A model generated the notes under the pieces. That model did no database searches. It worked only from the letters and a program-made list of their open reading frames with translations, and had not been told where the DNA came from. The translations under genes were made by a program, and so were the position numbers. Positions 55,253 through 62,817 of a stretch of DNA of 64,000 bases are shown in pieces. How positions within the stretch are numbered: position 1 is the stretch's first letter; every line of letters starts with the position of its first letter. Location: positions 2,406,177 through 2,470,176 of the forward strand of contig OY759316.1 of NCBI GenBank assembly GCA_963662275.1. Direction: 5' to 3'. This DNA is from Candidatus Cloacimonadales bacterium (GTDB lineage Bacteria > Cloacimonadota > Cloacimonadia > Cloacimonadales > DAONDQ01).

Positions 55253-55672
55253 ATGCAAGCTCTTGGAAGACAAATTCTGGTCGAATATTACGAATGCAAT
55301 CCTGATGCACTCAAAAATGTTCAACTCATCGAAAAAGCCATGGTCGATGCCTGTATTATGGCACAAGCAACTGTTGTAACCCAAACATTTCACGAATTCA
55401 GTCCCTTTGGTGTCAGTGGTGTTGTTGTTATTGCAGAATCTCATGTCGCCATTCACACCTGGCCTGAACACAACTATGCTGCGGTTGATATCTTCACATG
55501 TGGTGAAACTATCCAGCCTTGGATATTATATGAACACCTCAAGAAAATCCTTGAAAGCAAGCATTCCAGTAACATGGAACTAAAGCGTGGATTATTTGAT
55601 CTGGGTGATCAGAAATTATTGCACAAGCCGGAAGAAAAGACCGAAGTACTACTTCAAGCAACTGGTAATTAA
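55253..55672 (+). CDS. speH: S-adenosylmethionine decarboxylase proenzyme (small pyruvoyl type)
   Basis: The self-processing site is [17 protein letters not shown] prefer the start at 55253 (GGAG 8 nt upstream) over the track start at 55238. The stop directly abuts the speE start. Confidence 0.85.
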   Translation: MQALGRQILVEYYECNPDALKNVQLIEKAMVDACIMAQATVVTQTFHEFSPFGVSGVVVIAESHVAIHTWPEHNYAAVDIFTCGETIQPWILYEHLKKILESKHSSNMELKRGLFDLGDQKLLHKPEEKTEVLLQATGN

Positions 55673-56518
55673 ATGAATCTCTGGTTTACTGAAAAGCATA
55701 CAGAATCAAGAGGTCTATCTTTTCGTATTGATAAGACTCTCTATCATGAAAAAAGTCCCTACCAAACCATGGATATTGTGGAAACACCTGATTTTGGAAA
55801 AGTCATGCTTCTTGATGATGTTGTTATGGTTACTGATGTTGATGAATTTGTTTATCACGAGATGATATCCCATGTATCTCTCTATTCCCATCCAAACCCG
55901 AGAAGAGTTCTGATCATTGGCGGTGGTGATGGTGGAACGCTACGTGAAGTGACCAAGCACCCGGAAGTAGAAACAGCCACTTTGGTAGAAATCGATGATA
56001 TGGTCATTCGCGGTGCAAAGCAGTTCTTTCCTCAACTCGCAATTGGTTTTAATTCACCGAAAGCAGAAGTGATTGTAGATGATGGGATCAAGTATATTGC
56101 TGATTGCAAAGAAAAGTATGATATCATATTAATCGATTCCACTGACCCGGTCGGTCCGGCAACAGGTTTATTTCGTAAGGATTTCTACCAGAGTTGTTTT
56201 GATTTACTGAATGATGATGGAATCCTCACAGTACAATCTGAAAGCCCCTATATCCCCCATCTTGTTCCAATTATCAGGGATATGAATATCAATTTGTCTT
56301 CGATATTTCCCAATGTTCATATGTACCTGGCAGCGATTCAAACCTACCAGGCTGGATTATGGTCATTCCAGTTAGCGAGTAAGAAATATCATCCAATTCA
56401 TGATTTTCAGGATGCCTTGTATAAACAACACCAGCTTAATCTGCAGTATTATACGGATGGAATCCATAAAGCCTGTTTTACATTACCAAGATTTGTAGAG
56501 AAGATAATTACCCTGTAG
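55673..56518 (+). CDS. speE: Spermidine synthase
   Basis: 281 aa. MNLWFTEKHT, VLIIGGGDGGTLREV, IDSTDPVGPA. It is coupled to speH. Confidence 0.9.
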   Translation: MNLWFTEKHTESRGLSFRIDKTLYHEKSPYQTMDIVETPDFGKVMLLDDVVMVTDVDEFVYHEMISHVSLYSHPNPRRVLIIGGGDGGTLREVTKHPEVETATLVEIDDMVIRGAKQFFPQLAIGFNSPKAEVIVDDGIKYIADCKEKYDIILIDSTDPVGPATGLFRKDFYQSCFDLLNDDGILTVQSESPYIPHLVPIIRDMNINLSSIFPNVHMYLAAIQTYQAGLWSFQLASKKYHPIHDFQDALYKQHQLNLQYYTDGIHKACFTLPRFVEKIITL

Positions 56519-56613
56519 GGGTCTGCGTCAGCAGACCCATCTGATTTGTAGGTGTCCTCGTCAGCAGACCCATCTGATTTGTAGGGGTCCGCGTCAGCAG
56601 ACCCGTCTGATAT
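56515..56613 (+). repeat. 33-bp tandem repeat x3 of a GTAG-headed hairpin (class B), starting inside the speE stop codon
   Basis: GTAGGGGTCTGCGTCAGCAGACCCATCTGATTT at 56515, with variants at 56548 and 56581. Unit 1 forms the perfect hairpin GGGTCTGC-GTCA-GCAGACCC. Confidence 0.9.
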
Positions 56614-56689
56614 GTAGGGGTTTGCGGTAGTACGCCCTTCCTGTATGCATTTTCACTCCATTCAAGGGTTTACTTCCGCAAACCCCTAC
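56614..56689. repeat. Inverted pair of class C GTAG-headed repeats
   Basis: GTAGGGGTTTGCGGTAGTA lies at 56614, and GGGTTTACTTCCGCAAACCCCTAC lies at 56666-56689. Confidence 0.8.
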
Positions 56690-56700
56690 GATTTCTCTGA

Positions 56701-57030
56701 ACCTGTTACCTGTACGCTGTTAGCTGTCACCTTCTGCAAGTTCTGCTCTGCTAATTTTTAACTTTTAATTGTTAATTTTTAATTCTCATATTTTCCACTG
56801 AAAATATGAGTTGGGTTTCATCTAGGCATCATCTAGGGATCATCTAGGGATCATCTAGACTTTTTTAGATTTTCCTTAGATTTTCTTTAGTTTTTGTTTC
56901 TTTTATGTATTTTTTATCTTCCATGAGACTTATTTGGAAGTTCGAAGTTCGAAGTTGCTTTCTGAGGCATTTTCTTCTGTGCTCTGAACCTGTTAGCTGA
57001 CACCTGAAACCTGGCACCTTCTGCGATATA
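56701..57030. repeat. Second cluster of degenerate 7/11-bp tandem arrays sharing modules with 6532-7500
   Basis: 56753-56787: AATTTTT AACTTTT AATTGTT AATTTTT AATTCTC. 56818-56858: TCATCTAGG(C/G)A x3.7. 56865-56897: TTAGATTTTCC x3, degenerate. 56937-56957: GAAGTTC x3. ACCT-word plus CCTTCTGC modules lie at 56701-56735 and 56985-57025. Confidence 0.85.
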
Positions 57031-57067
57031 CGGGGGAGGATTCCGAATTGCAGAATAGAAGATGTCA

Positions 57068-57251
57068 CTTCTGAACTTCCCTGATAATGATTTTCGCTAC
57101 CGAGAAAGAAAGCTGAGTTCTCCGAGTGAATAGATTTATCTATTTGTATCGAGGAGACGACATTTATTTAAACTTGAGTGTAGTATCGCTTCATTTCGAT
57201 ACAATTTCTCCTTCGTCGAAATCACTCAATGAACCGGCTCTTAGCTTTCAT
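57068..57251 (-). repeat. Intergenic repeat family F, copy c (reverse orientation)
   Basis: The reverse complement starts ATGAAAGCTAAGAGCCGGTTCATTGAGT and ends TCGGTAGCGAAAATCATTATCAGGGAAGTTCAGAAG. Confidence 0.75.
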
Positions 57252-57264
57252 ATAAAGTCCAACG

Positions 57265-57340
57265 GGTTGTAGAGTATGACGCCGATCATACTGATTAGTA
57301 GCTCCGCATTTACGCGGTTGTAGAGTATGACGCCGATCAT
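57265..57340 (+). repeat. Two direct copies (51-bp period) of a GTAG-headed hairpin repeat (class D)
   Basis: GGTTGTAGAGTATGACGCCGATCAT lies at 57265-57289 and at 57316-57340. The hairpin is GTATGA-CGCCGA-TCATAC. Confidence 0.85.
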
Positions 57341-57462
57341 GCTATTGTGCAACTCCGAGTCAGCTTCGGTAAAAAAATTGGGAGTATCCATGTAGGGTAG
57401 AAATGAATTGACAAGAATGAGCTTCATGGTTAATTTTATATGTTCTTATATTGCAGGAGGCT

Positions 57463-59613
57463 ATGATGAAGAAAGCATTGATAATTATGTTTTTAGTTTT
57501 TTCTTTGCTGCCCTTATTATCTGTATATCATAAACTTGGTGATTTTATTACACAGGGTACTGGATTCTCAATTGCAATCGTGGATAGTATTGCTTACATA
57601 GCTGAAGGTAATTCCGGTATACAAATTATCGATGTCTCTGATCCGCAAAATCCAACGCTGATGAGTTCGTACCCAACACAGCAAAGTGCAAATTTTATCA
57701 GAGTAATTGGTGATGTAGCGTATATAACATGTTATGATTATGGGTTGAAGATTCTTAATGTATCAAATCCTTTTAGTCCTGCATTACTTGGGGAGTATGA
57801 TTCACCTGGGCAAGCCAAGTCTGTCTGCGTTGTAAATAATATCGCCTACATAGCAGATGGTTATTCTGGTTTGCTAATGCTTGATGTGTCTGATCCTCTA
57901 GATATAACATTACTTGGTACTTATGTTACATCAGGCAGTGTTAATTCTGTTCAAGTTGTTGGCGATTTAGCTTATTTGGGTAAAGAGAATCATGACGGAT
58001 TTTTACAGATAGTCAATGTATCTAATCCGCAGAATCCAATTTTTCTGGGTTCATATTCAAGTTTGTTATCAACCGGGAATGAAACTTCAGTTGCAATCGA
58101 TGGTAACTATGCTTATTTGACTTTAGGTACTGAATTTGTTCCAATTAATATTTCAGATCCCCAGAATCCTACTGCGGGATGGATTCCTAATACTTGGGGT
58201 AATATAAATTATATAACTTCGCAGGATGGATTCATTTATGCGACAAATGATTATCAAGGACTTTATGTAAAAAATATCAATAGTGGTCAAATATATTACT
58301 ATGATACTTTTGGACAGACATTATCTGTGGCAATCGTTAACGAAATCGCTTATTTAGTTGGTAATTCTGGATTACAGATTATTGATATATCTAATGCAAA
58401 CAATTCCTCTTTAATTGGTTCCGCTTATAATTTTTATTATGCGCAGTCTATAGTTGTTAAATATGATGCTAGTTGGGGAGAGATTGCATTTATCATAAAT
58501 TCTGCATTCTTATCAACATTTAGTGTATCAAACCCTCAGAATCCAACACAGCTTGGAACACGCGTGTTTCCTTCTTGGGCTAATTCTGTCTCGGTCAATG
58601 GAAATACTGCTTACGTGGCAGCAACATCATCAGGATTGCAAGTAGTCGATATCTCCGATTTGACTAACCCAATTATCGCGGGATCTTACGATACACCAGG
58701 AAGTGCGCTATCTATAGCAGTTGTAGGCAATATTGCTTATGTAGCTGATGATGACTATGGTTTGCAGATTATCAATGTAGCTAACCCTAACGAACCCATG
58801 TTATTTCATTCTTATGATACTCCTGGAAATGCAACGTTTATCAGTGTAGTTGATTATGTTGCGTACATTGCAGATGGTAATTCAGGGTTACAGATTATTA
58901 ATGTCGCTAATCCCGAAAATCCTGTCCCACTTGGATCATACGATACACCAGGGAATGCAGCATGTGTTCAAATCGTCGGCAATATAGCCTATGTTGCTGA
59001 TGGTTCCAACGGTTTACTTGTTTTAGATATAAGCAATCCAGTTGTGCCAGTCTTATTACATACGTACAACTTACATCCCTCAAGCTACATTGGCTATTGT
59101 TACAAATTTGATAATCGGCTCTATGTACCTGATGATTACTGGAACGAAATCAATGTATTTGATATCAATATTCCTCAATCACCAGTTCTGGTTAATAGAT
59201 ATTCTTGGAATTTGGAAACAGACGGGATGTGTATTGACAATAATTTGCTATATACGGCAAATGGACGTTATGGTATGAACATACATGATATCACAACATT
59301 TCCCATTTCAGGAGATGATTCAGTTCAATATCCTGAAATGCCCTCCTTATTAAAGAACTTTCCAAACCCATTTAAATCTGCAACTATCATTAGTTTTGAA
59401 GTTAAAGAAGCATGTAAGACCATAATTGATGTATATAATGTCAAAGGTCAGATTGTCCGCACTTTAATCAATGAAACTAAGAGTATAGGGAATCATAAAG
59501 TTGTTTGGGATGGCAAAGACAAGCTAGGTAGAAGTCTGGCTACTGGTATATATTTTATTAATATGAAAGCTGGTAGTTACTCTACTACAAAGAAAGTAAT
59601 CTTGATTAGGTAG
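57463..59613 (+). CDS. LVIVD-repeat beta-propeller protein with T9SS-type sorting domain
   Basis: The track ORF starts at a TTG (57451) that contains the AGGAGG RBS. I prefer the ATG at 57463 or 57466. It has more than 10 repeats of the ..AY(I/V)A(D)...GLQI(I/V)(D/N)VS(D/N)P.NP.. type. The CTD is FPNPF..VYNVKGQIV..WDGKDKLG..TGIYFINM..KKVILIR. Confidence 0.85.
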   Translation: MMKKALIIMFLVFSLLPLLSVYHKLGDFITQGTGFSIAIVDSIAYIAEGNSGIQIIDVSDPQNPTLMSSYPTQQSANFIRVIGDVAYITCYDYGLKILNVSNPFSPALLGEYDSPGQAKSVCVVNNIAYIADGYSGLLMLDVSDPLDITLLGTYVTSGSVNSVQVVGDLAYLGKENHDGFLQIVNVSNPQNPIFLGSYSSLLSTGNETSVAIDGNYAYLTLGTEFVPINISDPQNPTAGWIPNTWGNINYITSQDGFIYATNDYQGLYVKNINSGQIYYYDTFGQTLSVAIVNEIAYLVGNSGLQIIDISNANNSSLIGSAYNFYYAQSIVVKYDASWGEIAFIINSAFLSTFSVSNPQNPTQLGTRVFPSWANSVSVNGNTAYVAATSSGLQVVDISDLTNPIIAGSYDTPGSALSIAVVGNIAYVADDDYGLQIINVANPNEPMLFHSYDTPGNATFISVVDYVAYIADGNSGLQIINVANPENPVPLGSYDTPGNAACVQIVGNIAYVADGSNGLLVLDISNPVVPVLLHTYNLHPSSYIGYCYKFDNRLYVPDDYWNEINVFDINIPQSPVLVNRYSWNLETDGMCIDNNLLYTANGRYGMNIHDITTFPISGDDSVQYPEMPSLLKNFPNPFKSATIISFEVKEACKTIIDVYNVKGQIVRTLINETKSIGNHKVVWDGKDKLGRSLATGIYFINMKAGSYSTTKKVILIR

Positions 59614-59726
59614 TAGTCGATTTATCCCTTTTTTCAAAAGATGATATTCATGCATCAACCATTTTCCATTTCTTCTCTCAACCTATAAGCTGTAAGCTGA
59701 TAGGTTGTAGCAATTGACAGGGAAAG

Positions 59727-59756
59727 CAAAACAGCAGGCTTTCACCTGCTGTTTAA
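59727..59756. terminator. Hairpin between convergent genes, likely a bidirectional terminator
   Basis: AAACAGCAGG-CTTTCA-CCTGCTGTTT is a 10-bp perfect stem. The minus-strand tail is TTTTGCTTTCC and the plus-strand tail is TTTAATATC. Confidence 0.5.
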
Positions 59757-59776
59757 TATCTAATGCAAAAATAGTA

Positions 59777-60874
59777 TTATTTGTTTTCACCTTGGAATTT
59801 GATCATAAATTCAGCAAGAGCATGGCAACTGGCAACAGGGCAGGCATTGTAAGTAGAGGCACGAACACCGCCGACACTACGATGACCTTTCAGTCCGATC
59901 ATACCGAGAGCTTTTGCTTCCTTGATGAATTTTTCTTCCAGTTCTTCGGTGGGAAGTCTGAAAGTGATATTCATGAGGGAGCGATCTTCCTTCGCGACTG
60001 TACCTTTATAGAAGCCTTCTGAATTGTCGATGGCATCATAGATATACTTTGCTTTCGCCTGGTTATTGATGGCAACCTGCTTCAAGCCACCGCATGATTC
60101 GATCCATTTCAAAATAAGACCAATGATATAGATGGCGAATGTAGGTGGTGTATTGAACATGGAGCCGTTACCGATGTGGGTCTTGTAGCTGAGCATTGTA
60201 GCTAAGCTGGGTTGAGCCTTCTCGATAGCAGCGAGGAGATCATTGCGAATAATAACCACAACGCATCCTGCTGGTCCGACGTTCTTCTGAGCACCTGCAT
60301 AGATCAGGGAATAGCGTTTGGCATCAATGGGTTTGCTCATAAAGTTGGAGGACATATCTGAAATTAAGGGAACATCAGCGGGTACTTCCGGGTCGAAATG
60401 ATATTCTGTTCCATAGATAGTATTGTTGTTCGTGATATGTAAGTAGGCTGGGTTTTCTGAAAGCGTATATTCTTTGGGTATAAAAGAGAATTTGCTTTCT
60501 TCTGAAGTTGCAGCCAGATGCGTCTTCTTTCCGATCTTCTTGGCTTCCTTATACGCTTTGGTTGCCCATTCACCGGTATTGATATAGTTTGCCACTTTAT
60601 CATCCGGACACAGGTTCAGCGGAACCATGAGGAATTGCAGGCTTGCTCCGCCCTGGAGAAAGAGAACATCATAATCATCACCCAGCTCGTACAGGGCTTT
60701 TACTCTCGCCATGGCATCGTCAATGATTGCCTGGTATTCTTTGGAACGGTGAGACATTTCCATGACAGATTGTCCGGTTCCTTTGTAGTTCAGAAGGTCG
60801 GCTTGAATTTCACGTAAGACTTCCTCTGGTAAAACAGCGGGTCCGGCATTAAAATTGTGGGCTCTTTTTTCCAT
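59777..60874 (-). CDS. serC: Phosphoserine aminotransferase, paralog 1
   Basis: HNFNAGPAVLP N-terminus and PLP-lysine motif YAGAQKNVGPAG. The start is set at the second ATG (60874; GGAG 7 nt upstream), which aligns with the paralog's N-terminus. Confidence 0.85.
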   Translation of the reverse strand: MEKRAHNFNAGPAVLPEEVLREIQADLLNYKGTGQSVMEMSHRSKEYQAIIDDAMARVKALYELGDDYDVLFLQGGASLQFLMVPLNLCPDDKVANYINTGEWATKAYKEAKKIGKKTHLAATSEESKFSFIPKEYTLSENPAYLHITNNNTIYGTEYHFDPEVPADVPLISDMSSNFMSKPIDAKRYSLIYAGAQKNVGPAGCVVVIIRNDLLAAIEKAQPSLATMLSYKTHIGNGSMFNTPPTFAIYIIGLILKWIESCGGLKQVAINNQAKAKYIYDAIDNSEGFYKGTVAKEDRSLMNITFRLPTEELEEKFIKEAKALGMIGLKGHRSVGGVRASTYNACPVASCHALAEFMIKFQGENK

Positions 60875-60938
60875 TTTTTTCTCCATATTATTATTTTTTC
60901 GAAAAATAAAAACTCAGATTAGTGTGGCAAGTTTTTTT

Positions 60939-62054
60939 TTATTTCTCATCCTTATCAGCAAATTGTTTAGGATTTGCGACACGGAATTTGTTCATAAATA
61001 TTGCAAGGGCATGGCAACTCACGACCGGGCAGGAATTATAGATTGAAGCACGAATTCCACCAACATTTCGATGCCCCTTTAATCCAATCATATTCAAAGC
61101 ATATGCTTCATTAATGAATTTTTCCTCCAGTTCCTCGCTGGGTAGTCTGAATGTGATATTCATGAATGATCGATCTTTTAACTGCACAGCTCCACGATAA
61201 TAGCCGTAAGAGCCATCAATGGCATCATAAATATACTTTGCCTTATGTTTATTATTAATTTCAACTTGCCTTAATCCACCGCTAATTTGGATCCACCTGA
61301 GCATCAGACCAGTGACATAGATGGAAAAAGTAGGTGGCGTATTAAACATAGAACTGCTATCAATATGTGTTTTATAACTGAGCATAGTCGGCAAGTCTGG
61401 TTGTAGTCTTTCAATAAGATCCTTGCGAATAATGACAATCGTACATCCGGCGATACCTATATTCTTTCCTGCACTAGCATAAATTAAGGAATAACGTTTG
61501 ACATCGATTGGTTTGCTCATGAAATCTGATGACATATCTGCAATAAGTGGAACATCATTGGGTATAACAGGATCGAAATGATATTCTGTTCCATAAATAG
61601 CATTGTTAGTTGTAATATGCAAATATGCTGGATTTTTGAATATCATAAAATCCTTAGGGATGTGGTTAAAATTGCTATCTTCCGAGGAAGCTGCCATGAA
61701 AGCTTTTTTTCCTATTTTCCTCGCTTCATCATGAGCTTTAATCGCTGATTCCCCCGTGCAAATGTAATTTGCAACTTGTCTGTCAGAACATAAATTTAAG
61801 GGAATCATTAAATATTGAAGACTTGCTCCTCCCTGGAGAAAGAGTACTTCATAGTCATCACCAAGGCGATATAAGCTCTTAACACTTTCCTGAGCATCAT
61901 CTATAATAGCTTGATAATCTTTTGAACGATGTGACATTTCCAACACAGATTGCCCTGTCTGATGATAATTTAACAGGTTAGCTTGTATTTCCATCAAGAC
62001 TTCATCGGGTAAAACAGCAGGACCGGCATTGAAGTTATGTGCTCTTTTTTTCAC
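60939..62054 (-). CDS. serC: Phosphoserine aminotransferase, paralog 2 (GTG start)
   Basis: 371 aa, colinear with paralog 1 over its full length. The PLP-lysine motif is YASAGKNIGIAG. The RBS is GGAGGA, 4 nt before the GTG. Confidence 0.85.
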   Translation of the reverse strand: MKKRAHNFNAGPAVLPDEVLMEIQANLLNYHQTGQSVLEMSHRSKDYQAIIDDAQESVKSLYRLGDDYEVLFLQGGASLQYLMIPLNLCSDRQVANYICTGESAIKAHDEARKIGKKAFMAASSEDSNFNHIPKDFMIFKNPAYLHITTNNAIYGTEYHFDPVIPNDVPLIADMSSDFMSKPIDVKRYSLIYASAGKNIGIAGCTIVIIRKDLIERLQPDLPTMLSYKTHIDSSSMFNTPPTFSIYVTGLMLRWIQISGGLRQVEINNKHKAKYIYDAIDGSYGYYRGAVQLKDRSFMNITFRLPSEELEEKFINEAYALNMIGLKGHRNVGGIRASIYNSCPVVSCHALAIFMNKFRVANPKQFADKDEK

Positions 62055-62225
62055 ATTTCCTCCATTCTTGTCTTTTATTCATAATATGAATAATCTGTTT
62101 AATAAGCAAGTTATTTTTATGAGTACTTATGTTTTTTACATAATTGAAGAACGTTAATCAATAATCATCGATTTTTTTCATTGACTCACACATAGATTAA
62201 CAAATTATCAGTCAGAGGAAAGTAC

Positions 62226-62810
62226 ATGATTCATACATTTCTAAAAGGTAAGAAAGTCGTCCTGGCATCAGAATCTCCCAGGCGAAAGAAAATCTTCAAT
62301 ATGATTGGAATTCATGCATTACAAATGCCAGCCCACTTGGAGGAACCAATTGAAGATATTCCACCGCATAAATACGTTATGAAATATGCCCGGAAGAAAG
62401 CAGAGTGCGTTTACCACAATGTCGATAGCGATTGTGTAGTAGTGGGAGCAGACACGATTGTCTATATGGATCATAAGATATTTGGAAAACCTGTAGATAT
62501 CTATCAAGCAACGGATTATCTTTCTCTTCTCTCCGGTAATCGGCATGACGTTTATACAGGAATTTGCATTGCCTATAAAAATCAGTATTATATTGATTAT
62601 GAGAAGACTTCTGTTGAATTCAAAGTGCTATCGATTAATGAGATTGAAGAATATGTCAAAACTAATGAACCCATGGATAAAGCAGGTGCATATGGTATCC
62701 AAGGGTATGGAAGCCAGTTTATTACGAAAGTGAGTGGCTGCTATTTCAATGTGATGGGATTCCCTGTTTCCTGTTTTCACGAACTACTGAAAAAGATCAT
62801 GCAATCATGA
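62226..62810 (+). CDS. maf: Maf-family nucleoside-triphosphate pyrophosphatase
   Basis: 194 aa. VVLASESPRRKKIF, GADTIVYMD, DKAGAYGIQGYG. Confidence 0.85.
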   Translation: MIHTFLKGKKVVLASESPRRKKIFNMIGIHALQMPAHLEEPIEDIPPHKYVMKYARKKAECVYHNVDSDCVVVGADTIVYMDHKIFGKPVDIYQATDYLSLLSGNRHDVYTGICIAYKNQYYIDYEKTSVEFKVLSINEIEEYVKTNEPMDKAGAYGIQGYGSQFITKVSGCYFNVMGFPVSCFHELLKKIMQS

Positions 62811-62817
62811 AGGAAAA

